From: Candidatus Poribacteria bacterium
GTDB lineage: Bacteria > Poribacteria > WGA-4E > PCPOR2b
DNA length: 64,000 bases
Direction: 5' to 3'
Assembly (NCBI GenBank): GCA_965215015.1
Contig: OZ244042.1
Location: 3,968,001 to 4,032,000, forward strand
The position numbers and the translations under genes were made by a program. Below are positions 50,229 to 59,068 of this stretch, piece by piece (within the stretch, counting starts at the first letter, position 1; each line of letters opens with the position of its first letter). The notes beneath the pieces were generated by a model that saw only the letters and a list, made by a program, of their open reading frames with translations, was not told the DNA's origin and did no database searches.

Positions 50229-51056
50229 ATGGACACGGCTCTATTAATTGAAGGCCAGGAAAGTATCTTAACCGATAAACAGAAGCAGCGGTGGAAGGAA
50301 GATGGCTATCTAGTTCTGAAAGGCGTGCTTTCTTCAGAGGAGATTGAGAACCTGACAGCTGTTGTTGATCGGATGTACGAGGAACATCTTCAACAACCCG
50401 ATGTGAAGCCGGACGCAGGACTAGATAGGCGAAACGTTATGGAGGAGCACGACATCTTTGTCGATTTGATGGATCACCCCGTGACGTTTCCAATTGTGCT
50501 TGAGTTGATGAGTCCTTACATACACCTGAGTATGTCTGAGGTAATTGTCCGACCGACAGACCCTGAAGGGAAGGGACTGCTGCACACAGATGGCGGTCAG
50601 GCGATGCGACAGATACGAGTGAGTGAGAGCAGTCTGCCGTTCCAGATCAAACTCCAATACTTCCTGACGGATTTGCCTGAACCGGATATGGGTAACTTTA
50701 CGGTCGTCCCCGGCAGCCACAACCGTCTCTTTCCAGACAGCGGATTTGAGGAGGGACCGTATATCCCGGAAGCGTTGCCGCTATGCGTGGAAGCAGGTGA
50801 CGTGGCTATCTTTCCCCATGCGATGTGGCACGGTTTCGTTGCAAACAGATCGGATAAGCCTCGTAAAACGCTGATTTATTGCTACGTCCACCAATGCCTG
50901 CGGGCATTCGATTTTGAAAAGGCGTCCCCCGAACTGTTGGAGCGGTGTACGCCCCGGCAGCGACGGTTGATTGGGGATATTGGCGAGTGGAAGGCTGGTT
51001 CTTACTTCTATTCCCCGCCGGATCAGGTGGAGTTGATGCTGGGCAATGAATCGTGA
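50229..51056 (+). CDS. PhyH-family Fe/2OG dioxygenase
   Basis: DGYLVL, LHTD, VPGSH, AGD, WHG, R. Confidence 0.9.
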   Translation: MDTALLIEGQESILTDKQKQRWKEDGYLVLKGVLSSEEIENLTAVVDRMYEEHLQQPDVKPDAGLDRRNVMEEHDIFVDLMDHPVTFPIVLELMSPYIHLSMSEVIVRPTDPEGKGLLHTDGGQAMRQIRVSESSLPFQIKLQYFLTDLPEPDMGNFTVVPGSHNRLFPDSGFEEGPYIPEALPLCVEAGDVAIFPHAMWHGFVANRSDKPRKTLIYCYVHQCLRAFDFEKASPELLERCTPRQRRLIGDIGEWKAGSYFYSPPDQVELMLGNES

Positions 51057-51213
51057 GATGAATATATCCTGAGGTTCATATCAAAAGAGAGTGCAAAATA
51101 TTGAGAGCGTGAAACATGAAAACCATTTGTTCATGGGTTCATTAATGAACGAGTGAACTAAATTGATTTCTGTTGCACGATTTCTTAACATAAGGCTATC
51201 CCGATTTGGAAAA

Positions 51214-52374
51214 TCAGTTGATAGTTGCATTTGGCAGGATGGTGGCTTTGACGCAACGCATCGTCATAGCACACTGTACAGCCTCCGCTACTCCTGCTTC
51301 GGTAAAGGAAAACTCCGTTTGCATCCGACGCCAAGGATAGCGATCCCGGGCTCGATCGAGCATGTCAATTCCTGCGGGGAGGTCGTTGGCGGTAATCCCC
51401 CAGCTTCCCACCAGCTTTATATCTTTAATGCAGATGCGGTGCCAATTGGTTTCGATAGAGCCTGCGTCGGTGAATTGCCCCATCTCCACATAAGTACCCC
51501 CAGCCCTAAGCATCTCAATTCCCTCCGGCCCTGCTGAGGGGTGACCGCTGCAATCGATTACAAGGTCTGCACCAAAGCCTCCGACAATCTGGTTGACAGC
51601 GTCAATCCGGGCTTGCGCTGTCCCATGTTCCTCAATCGACACGGTAGCCTCTACGCCAAACTCGCGGCACAAGGCGAGTCGCGGATTCTCAGGTGCGCCT
51701 ACCATAATAACACGACCCGCCCCCATCTCCTTTGCGGCGGTAATCATTAGCACCCCAATCGGGCCAGAGCCTTGGATGACTACGGTATCACCGAACCGGA
51801 AACCGTTGATTGATGCGGCGCGGTTGAGTGCCCGGATACAGCAGGCTAAAGGTTCAGTCAACGCACCCAACATCAACGACATGTTGTCCGGTAAACGGTA
51901 AATCTTTGTCGCTGGCAACATCTCCAAATCGACATAGACCATCTCTGCCCATCCACCCCATAGATGTGGTGGTTTGTCAAAGGGCAAGTAGCGGCCATAG
52001 TAGGTCGGGTTGAGACAGCAATTGGCGTGTTCCGGGTAGTGGGCGCAGTAGTAACATTCCCCGCAAGGCATCAACGGTGGCAGCATGACTTTGCTCCCAA
52101 CAGCCAATGGGTTGCCCATAAAGTCCACTTCTAGGGCAGGTCCCTTTTCAACAATAACGCCAGCCAATTCATGCCCCAGCGTAAAGGGCCAGGGGAGCGG
52201 CTTGGGCCAATGTCCTTTGAGGATATGTAGGTCAGTGCCGCACACCCCACAGGCACCTACTTGGATTAGTGCCGCTTTGTCGGGAACATTTGGTCGAGGC
52301 ACAGTTTGAATTTGGGGTGCTGCTCCGGGACCATCAAAGGTTGCCACACGTACTGTTTGCATACGAGACTCCAA
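51214..52374 (-). CDS. Zinc-dependent (MDR) alcohol dehydrogenase
   Basis: CGTD, GHE, CGECYYC...C, QGSGPIG. Start may be ATG 52362. Confidence 0.92.
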   Translation of the reverse strand: MESRMQTVRVATFDGPGAAPQIQTVPRPNVPDKAALIQVGACGVCGTDLHILKGHWPKPLPWPFTLGHELAGVIVEKGPALEVDFMGNPLAVGSKVMLPPLMPCGECYYCAHYPEHANCCLNPTYYGRYLPFDKPPHLWGGWAEMVYVDLEMLPATKIYRLPDNMSLMLGALTEPLACCIRALNRAASINGFRFGDTVVIQGSGPIGVLMITAAKEMGAGRVIMVGAPENPRLALCREFGVEATVSIEEHGTAQARIDAVNQIVGGFGADLVIDCSGHPSAGPEGIEMLRAGGTYVEMGQFTDAGSIETNWHRICIKDIKLVGSWGITANDLPAGIDMLDRARDRYPWRRMQTEFSFTEAGVAEAVQCAMTMRCVKATILPNATIN

Positions 52375-52421
52375 TTTTATGAGATGTTAATACTATCAGT
52401 CTTTCACAGTTCCAACACCAC

Positions 52422-54338
52422 TCACCGGGGAATGATAGGCATCACAATGCGCGAAGGACGATTGCGGTCCAAGTACACTGTATTTTGTGCTACGACAGTA
52501 TGCGTATGTCGCCCCATCGGCTCGCCGGTGTTCGGGTTGATGTCGAATCGTGGGAAGTTGCTGCTCGATATATCTACCCGAATCCGGTGCCCTACCTTGA
52601 ATAGATTACAAGTCGGTGGCAAGGCAATCTGGACCTGATACACCTCACCCGGTTCCATCAACTTCGCCTGTTCCCAACCGTCCCGGTAACGGGTACGGAT
52701 AATAGAGTCAACAAGATTCATGTGGTAGCCAGCGGGATAATCCTCGTTCGGCGGATAGACATCAATTAGCTTTGCTGTGAAGTCAGTGTCTACCGCCGAA
52801 GACGAAATCCACAACTTCACCACCATTGCTCCCGTAATCTCAATGTCTTTATTTAACGGGAAAGTCTGAAACACGAGAACATCGGGTCTCGCCGCAAGGG
52901 GGAGATACGGCGGTTTAGCCCCGACGATGCCGGGCTCTTCCTTCTGGTGTGCTGCACCATCCATAATAATGCTGCACATCCGTGCTCTGGGTGGTGTGTA
53001 CTGGGGTGCCATCCCTTCTCCTAAGGCTACCTGTTCGTAGAATCCTGTGACATTTGCAGCGATGGTCGGCACCGGATTGTCTGGATCATGGAGGAAACGG
53101 ACGGGCTGGGCATTCTCTCCCGGCATGTTCGGGTTCAACTTCCCACCGGTGTGGAGGTAATAGATGGTGTATTTCGTGCGGTTAGGGGGCCACTCCATTT
53201 CTGACCGCCACACACCGCCGTGGTTCAAACGTCCTTCGCTGTTGCGCCTGCCATCGCCTCCGCCCATCACAAAGATGCGTACTGGTGGGTCATCCTCCAA
53301 CCCATTGGGGATATCTTTCAACCAGCGATCGAACCAGCGGAGACGCTCTTTATTATATATTTGGTCGCCCCATGCAGCATCGGGCCCGAAGTCCACATCG
53401 CCTACGTATGAGGCTCCAGCACCACGCATGGCCCCGTGATTCCAGGGCCCGATCACCAGGCGTTGGGGTGTCTTGTTCTGCTTGCACATGGTCACAAAGT
53501 AGTTCGTTGTCGCAACTGAGAAGGGATCGTACCAACCACCACTGAAAACCGAAGGGGCATCTATATGTCGATCGAAGTAACGCTCTTGGTCACAACAATC
53601 CTGCTGCCAAAATTCATCATACTCACCACGATAGTAGTAGTTGAAAAGGGTCTGCTCAAGGTTGGGAACCACTGCCAGGGGCGTATGTCCTGGCTTGAAG
53701 GGGGTTGAATAGACCAGCTCGCGCATACGCTCCATCGCCTGAGCAATTGAATTCTTCGCTACGGGGTTGTCCCGAATCTCCTGTGAATCGTGGGCGTGTA
53801 GGAACAGAGCACCGAACATGTGGAGTGCCATCGCCCCGCCCTCACGTGCCTCGTGTGCGTAGATGTTGGTGGGTCCCACATCCTGCCACATCGCTGTCAG
53901 GTGCGGCGGCTGGTAAAGTGCCATCACGCTCTGGATAATCGCGCCGTGTGAACTGCCCACCGTCCCCACGCGCCCATTCGACCAAGGTTGGGCAGCGATC
54001 CACTCGACGGTATCGTACCCATCGGGGCCTTCATTGACATTGGCTGTGTGGAAGTATTGCCCTGTGCCTTCGGAACGCTGGCGTCCGCGCAAGTCTTGGA
54101 TGACCGTCACGTATCCGTGCCGGGTAAAGTACTCAGCCACCGGCTCCACCCACATCTGTGGACTGTTCTTGTCGTATGATGTACGCCCCAGAATGGCGGG
54201 AAATGTGCCGGAAACTAGCCTTCCATCGAGGGTGGGTCGATAGATGTCGGTCGCTAATCGAACTCCATCGCGCATCGGCACCATTACGTCCTTAAATATG
54301 ACAATCCCGTACTTCGGTTCTGATCTGTTCATAGGCAT
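52422..54338 (-). CDS. CocE/NonD family hydrolase (peptidase S15-like)
   Basis: MRDGVRLATDIYRP, QDLRG, DGYDTVEW, GSSHG, GWYD, GPWNH, SSSNFPRF. Confidence 0.92.
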   Translation of the reverse strand: MPMNRSEPKYGIVIFKDVMVPMRDGVRLATDIYRPTLDGRLVSGTFPAILGRTSYDKNSPQMWVEPVAEYFTRHGYVTVIQDLRGRQRSEGTGQYFHTANVNEGPDGYDTVEWIAAQPWSNGRVGTVGSSHGAIIQSVMALYQPPHLTAMWQDVGPTNIYAHEAREGGAMALHMFGALFLHAHDSQEIRDNPVAKNSIAQAMERMRELVYSTPFKPGHTPLAVVPNLEQTLFNYYYRGEYDEFWQQDCCDQERYFDRHIDAPSVFSGGWYDPFSVATTNYFVTMCKQNKTPQRLVIGPWNHGAMRGAGASYVGDVDFGPDAAWGDQIYNKERLRWFDRWLKDIPNGLEDDPPVRIFVMGGGDGRRNSEGRLNHGGVWRSEMEWPPNRTKYTIYYLHTGGKLNPNMPGENAQPVRFLHDPDNPVPTIAANVTGFYEQVALGEGMAPQYTPPRARMCSIIMDGAAHQKEEPGIVGAKPPYLPLAARPDVLVFQTFPLNKDIEITGAMVVKLWISSSAVDTDFTAKLIDVYPPNEDYPAGYHMNLVDSIIRTRYRDGWEQAKLMEPGEVYQVQIALPPTCNLFKVGHRIRVDISSSNFPRFDINPNTGEPMGRHTHTVVAQNTVYLDRNRPSRIVMPIIPR

Positions 54339-54973
54339 TACAATCCTTGCAGAAATGGGTTCTCACGTTTTTCTTTCCCGATTGTGGTGCGTGGCCCGTG
54401 TCCAGGGCAAACGATTGTGTCGTCGTCTAGCTGCCAGAGCTGTTCCCGGATTGAGTCCAGTAACTGTTCATAATCTCCACCCCACAGATCTGTGCGTCCA
54501 ATACTGCCCTGAAAAAGCGTATCACCTGCGAAAAGAATCTGTTTTCCTTCGAGGTTTAGACAGACACCGCCGGGACTATGTCCGGGGGTTTCAATCACGG
54601 ATAGCGTATACTGTCCCCAATCAATTCTATCTCCTTCACAGATGTACTTGTCTACAGTTGGGGGTTCTGGTGCTGTGAATCCAAACATTGTGCCCTGTAG
54701 TGTCAGATTATCCAAGAGAATCTGGTCTGCTTCGTGGATGAGAACCGGCGCGCCCGTCTCTCGTTGGATGACAGCCGTGGCAGAAACATGGTCTAGATGT
54801 CCGTGCGTGTGTATCAGATATTTGAGCGTCAATTGGTGCGCTTCCAGTATTTTAAGGCTGCCGGCTTCGTCCCCTGGGTCAATCACAACGGCTGTCTGCG
54901 TTTCACTGCAGCCGAGAATCCAACAATTTGACTCGAAAGGTGGAACAACCAGACATTCCAATATCAATTTCAT
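54338..54973 (-). CDS. MBL-fold metallo-hydrolase (glyoxalase II/YcbL-like)
   Basis: THGHLDH, PGHSPG, GDTLF, GRTD, PGHG. Confidence 0.93.
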   Translation of the reverse strand: MKLILECLVVPPFESNCWILGCSETQTAVVIDPGDEAGSLKILEAHQLTLKYLIHTHGHLDHVSATAVIQRETGAPVLIHEADQILLDNLTLQGTMFGFTAPEPPTVDKYICEGDRIDWGQYTLSVIETPGHSPGGVCLNLEGKQILFAGDTLFQGSIGRTDLWGGDYEQLLDSIREQLWQLDDDTIVCPGHGPRTTIGKEKRENPFLQGL

Positions 54974-55109
54974 TAGTTCACCCCAAAAAATTTTATCATA
55001 TCAGTTTTCACTTGTCTATGTTATATCAACCCAAGTTACTAGGTTCCGTTGACAGTTGACAAATTGAAGCAATATTGATACATCTGAGGTAGTATTTTGG
55101 ATAGACTCA

Positions 55110-55510
55110 AACACCTAATCAAGCATCGGGACTAAGAAGCCTCGATAGATCGGGATTAAGAAACTTGTGGTTACCCCACTGTAGGTTGGTTGGCAAAAAT
55201 CGAAAATATCTAGAACATTGCACAATAGTCATGGCTCAATTCACCGTATACTATTACGCAACAGTGGGTATTTTGTCAAGATATGAATCTCGACCGACTT
55301 ACAGCATCTGCAGAAAATTGGCTACAGCAAAAAGTCAACACGCCCTAGTTGTTGTTCTGATGCCTATTTGAATACGGTACCTGGAATGTAATGCATAAGA
55401 AGGTCATTATAGGTTCATTAGTTCATTAACCCACTGAACACTAGATATACAGAAATAGGTTGATGAATGATCGAACAGTGGTTACGGCATACGGAGTGTG
55501 CCTACTACTA
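55110..55510. repeat. Cluster of micro-palindromes, REPs and MITE ends
   Basis: Tandem atcgggactaagaag / cctcgatagatcgggattaagaaac (55125-55164), MITE-like ends at ~55214 and ~55332, REP at 55481-55509. Confidence 0.55.
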
Positions 55511-55654
55511 GCAACTTGGATTAGTATAACGGTAGCTTCCTGTGTTCAAGCGGTTACGGTCGTTTTGTATGAAACGGAAAAATGCACCCATTTTCCACGC
55601 GAAAACGGTGATATAGTACCTCACGAGTGGAGCGGTAGTTTTCTGTGTTCACTT

Positions 55655-55784
55655 AAGGGAATTGCATCTGCTATAGAAATTATGCAGCAGGAACCATAGG
55701 TTAGGAACCCCCGATTTCATCGAGGGCAAGTGCTGTGGCTAGGGGATGCCAAAGTCGTATACACTATTTACAGGCGATTGCCTT
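55655..55784 (+). mobile_element. MITE family A, copy 3 (shorter)
   Basis: aagggaattgcatctg...caggcgattgcctt; internal REP interrupted by the palindromic insert at ~55708-55731. Confidence 0.6.
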
Positions 55785-55973
55785 GTAACCTTAGCAGGTA
55801 TCTATTTTCATTTCAATTTGGAAGGATGGAAACAGAAAGAAAAAGGGAAGGAAGCGTGGAGCGGCACGGTTCAACAGAAGTATTATCGGAAAGTCTATTT
55901 ATCGGTCAAATCCCAAACCTTACAGAGAGGGGACTGCTTCTATTGAGAGGTAGTCCCCTTCGTTGTTAAAGTG

Positions 55974-56552
55974 CTAGAATTGCCAATTGCTAATTAATAG
56001 GTGCATTGCCAACCCTGATATTAAGGGCATCGCTACGTTATCGTCTACTCCAAGGGGTAAGAGTTCGATTAATGTTGCAACGATTGCCCCGGTGATTGCG
56101 ACGGCCGGGTGGAACCTCATTAGTAGTGCAATCACCGTGCACACAACGAAACAAGCGAGGCTGCCCTCTAAGCTTTTTCGGGAAAAGAGTTTAATCCGTC
56201 CCCACTGCTTCCCAATCAACGCTGCAAACAGGTCCCCCAAGGTAAGGAAGCCAAGACAAACGATTGCCAGCGTTTTATCAAAGAAAAGTATGCAGAGAAA
56301 GGATCCGATAAGGTAGTACGTGGTCCCGGTGAGCCCGCCCCTCCGCTCTTGGGAACGCAGCATCGGGGAAAAGATACGTACGAATATAACCCGAAATGCA
56401 GGGAGAAATACCTTGAGCAGCTCAACCCCAAGAACAATAGCTAGGAGCCCCCCGACAGCAATAATGGCCGTGTAACGTGTGGTGAAGATGTACAGGATAG
56501 GAAAGACCAATCCTAAAAGGTGGATACTTTTGCGTCTTAACTCTCGTGCCAT
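55974..56552 (-). CDS. CTP-dependent polyprenol/diacylglycerol kinase (dolichol/phytol kinase-like)
   Basis: ELRRKSIH, GDLFAALIGK, KSLEGSLA, DDN; multiple TM helices. Confidence 0.85.
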   Translation of the reverse strand: MARELRRKSIHLLGLVFPILYIFTTRYTAIIAVGGLLAIVLGVELLKVFLPAFRVIFVRIFSPMLRSQERRGGLTGTTYYLIGSFLCILFFDKTLAIVCLGFLTLGDLFAALIGKQWGRIKLFSRKSLEGSLACFVVCTVIALLMRFHPAVAITGAIVATLIELLPLGVDDNVAMPLISGLAMHLLISNWQF

Positions 56553-56807
56553 GATGTCATCGCCTACTTTCCAAATTATATTCTTAGACGATTACAAATT
56601 AGCAAGAATTATGCCAGCCAATATATGCTTCGGAAGGTTCAAAAACAGAGGGGCAAACTGCAAAACCTGCCTAAGTACGCGCTATTCACTACGCAAAATT
56701 TACGAGAGTATGCAAAATTTGCACAGAAAAAGAGAGATAAACAAAGCAGAAAGAATGACAGTTACCAAGGGGTTGCAACCTGCCTTTTTCCCGGTATGTT
56801 ATATACA

Positions 56808-57626
56808 TCATGCCGCTTCAAGCACATTTTCCGGGAGATTCTCTAACCGTCCCATCCAGTAGCCCACATCGAATTTGTCATTCCCAATTAAGAACCGCCA
56901 GAACTTAATCCGGTTGACAATCTCCAGACGGACATCATTGCCGTACCACTTATGATTTTTGCCCAGAATGCCCGAAATTGATGGCTCCTCGATATCGTCG
57001 GTATTCCAGAGACACATCTGGCGCACCGTTGGATTCAGCCTCAGCTTGAACATATATCGCGTGCGGTCGGTCAGATTGGGTTGAGCACAATGCCAGATAC
57101 CGTGATGGACCACTAAGATTGTACCAGCGTGGCACACGACTGGCAGCTGCTCTAGGAAGTTGTGATACCGAGCTACGTCCGTCTCGCAGATGCGGCGATA
57201 GTGGCTGCCGGGCAAGATCATGGTGCCACCCATCTCGCGCGGCGTATCGTGCGCGAAATAAAAGAACTGAATGTCAAAGTGCAGGCGGGTGTCAATAATC
57301 GCATCCGCATGCCAAATCTGCCCTCTGTCGTTACCGGCGTTGACAATGTGGACGGCGTGGTGATCGTAAAGCGGATCAGGTCCAACAAGGCTGTGGATAA
57401 TTCCTTGAACTTCAGGGAGCCGAAAGACAGACCCAATGGGCGAAGATTCGGGCCAAACTTCACTCAAGGGAGTGCCGGCGGTCCCACGTCCAATGCCGTG
57501 GTCTTCCATCTCTGCGTGGACAGCTTCATTTAGTGCTGTAGGAACCAACTCATCGAAGCGAAGATATCCATCAGCCACGAAATTTGCCATCTGTTTGGAG
57601 CTCAGCAAATACTGTCTGTCAATCAT
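56808..57626 (-). CDS. PhyH-family Fe/2OG dioxygenase
   Basis: FVADGYL, WHAD, PGSH, AGT, WHC, R. Start ATG 57626 (GGAGG upstream; overlaps the upstream gene end). Confidence 0.88.
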   Translation of the reverse strand: MIDRQYLLSSKQMANFVADGYLRFDELVPTALNEAVHAEMEDHGIGRGTAGTPLSEVWPESSPIGSVFRLPEVQGIIHSLVGPDPLYDHHAVHIVNAGNDRGQIWHADAIIDTRLHFDIQFFYFAHDTPREMGGTMILPGSHYRRICETDVARYHNFLEQLPVVCHAGTILVVHHGIWHCAQPNLTDRTRYMFKLRLNPTVRQMCLWNTDDIEEPSISGILGKNHKWYGNDVRLEIVNRIKFWRFLIGNDKFDVGYWMGRLENLPENVLEAA

Positions 57627-57903
57627 CAATTTCCTCCATTTTTTCGAGAATGTATTCAAATCTGAGATATGAGGTATGGTATTCCATGCCCGGATAGGCG
57701 GGGAATTGCTGCGGGAATTGAACTACGCGCCAGCCGTGCTGCATCGCTTCGACGGCGGAATTATAGGGCGGTTTGTCGCTATCGCCTGTTGTAGGACTCG
57801 TTTTTCCTGTCCCATCATACATTGACCAAGCGACGACATGGCTGTTCAAATCTGGTGTGTGCAGATAAAGCACGAGAATTTTTTGGCGTAACTGCGGCAT
57901 CAC
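57619..57903 (-). CDS. Small hypothetical protein coupled to the PhyH gene
   Basis: AAGG upstream, 8-bp overlap with the downstream gene, globular-looking sequence (WSMYDGTG, PPY, GWRVVQ, EYILEK). Confidence 0.75.
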   Translation of the reverse strand: MMPQLRQKILVLYLHTPDLNSHVVAWSMYDGTGKTSPTTGDSDKPPYNSAVEAMQHGWRVVQFPQQFPAYPGMEYHTSYLRFEYILEKMEEIDD

Positions 57904-58098
57904 TCTACCTTTCGGATTGCTTTGAAACTCAATATTGATTTTGCTAGCCCATAGGAAGCAATTTGGATTACTATATCATAATTTCCCTTACTGTTCAAGC
58001 ATGAATCAGTGAACCTGCACAGATGAACCATTAAACAGAAAAAGTAGGTTTTAAGTAACTGAATATGATATAATTTATCGCAATTAACAGAAACAGGC

Positions 58099-58127
58099 TT
58101 GACTTTTTGGCGTATTTTTGCGATAAT
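58099..58127 (+). promoter_or_regulatory. sigma70 promoter upstream of the IS1595 fragment
   Basis: TTGACT-N17-GATAAT with extended -10 TG. Confidence 0.5.
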
Positions 58128-58185
58128 GATATGAGATAATAATATCATCTAACCCCTCATGAATACATGACTAAAGGAGTCAAGC

Positions 58186-58479
58186 ATGAATTTACTTGAG
58201 ATTGTCGAGCGATTTTCGACTCATGAAAATTGTATGAAGCACCTCGAAAACGTCCGGTGGGGAGAGACCCCGGCGTGTCCCCATTGTGGGAGTGATAGAG
58301 TTGCCAGAAAACGTGAAAATGATAAAATTGGGCGATGGAATTGCCACCAATGCAAGTCGAGTTTCAATGTTTTGTCCGGCACCCTGTTTCAAGGGACTAA
58401 GATTTCACTCACGAAGTGGTTTGTTGGGATTGCCTTGATGGTAGAGGCCAAGAAAAGCCTGTCCACATGTAGATGGTGA
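58186..58479 (+). pseudogene. Truncated IS1595-family transposase (Zn ribbon only)
   Basis: RW...CPHCG...WNCHQC...FNVLSGTLF.GTK.SL.KWF; stops before the HTH/DDE domain. Confidence 0.85.
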
Positions 58480-58969
58480 GTCAGAAATTTCGCCATGCCC
58501 AGCGAAACGGTGTTGCCCAACAGGTTAGACATCAAATGTCTCCTATAGGTAAGGCGACTTAGGATTGCCATGAATTATTCACAACGATTGGCAAGTTCAC
58601 TCATAGAATATCACAAAAACAATAGCAAACACAATAGATTGTTAAGTCTAAAACTATTAAATGCGTTAATTAAAGCCCTACCGTCTCCCGTATTTCCTCC
58701 CTACATTTTCCATCTAAGAATCTGTTTTAAGAAGCAAGGAATTCCCCCACGGTACAGTGGATTTGTCAATCTACTGCGAGCGGTGTCGCAGGATAGGGAT
58801 TGGATCTCCCAACCCCATCGGGCTTGGAAACCAAGCACCTACCATTGACCTGACACGTTTTACCGAATATAACGAGAATGTGCCCTCAAATTACGACCAC
58901 TTTTCTGTTAAATGACTCTTCAAACAGACTCTAAGTGCACATACAACTTTAAAAAAAATGTTATGGTTT

Positions 58970-58998
58970 TTGACTTTTTGTAAGACGTGATATATACT
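58970..58998 (+). promoter_or_regulatory. sigma70 promoter of the giant surface-protein gene
   Basis: TTGACT-N17-TATACT; AAGGAG at 59052-59057. Confidence 0.65.
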
Positions 58999-59068
58999 CT
59001 TATCATTGTTTTCTTCGGGGTGTATTCAAACAGATCATATTTCACGGCTGTAAGGAGATCTGACGCCT

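Noticed and set aside
56640-56725. Three gcaaaa(t/c)(t/c)t(g/a)c motifs upstream of the lipid kinase
   Set aside because: Irregular spacing in A-rich DNA; too weak to call an operator.
48950-57626. PhyH genes as Fe/2OG halogenases
   Set aside because: All three keep the carboxylate ligand (HQD, HTD, HAD); halogenases have Ala or Gly at that position.
58480-58848. Continuation of the IS1595 transposase or a 92-aa gene
   Set aside because: No DDE motifs found in the frames I read; the ORF runs into REP sequence and I could not identify terminal repeats.
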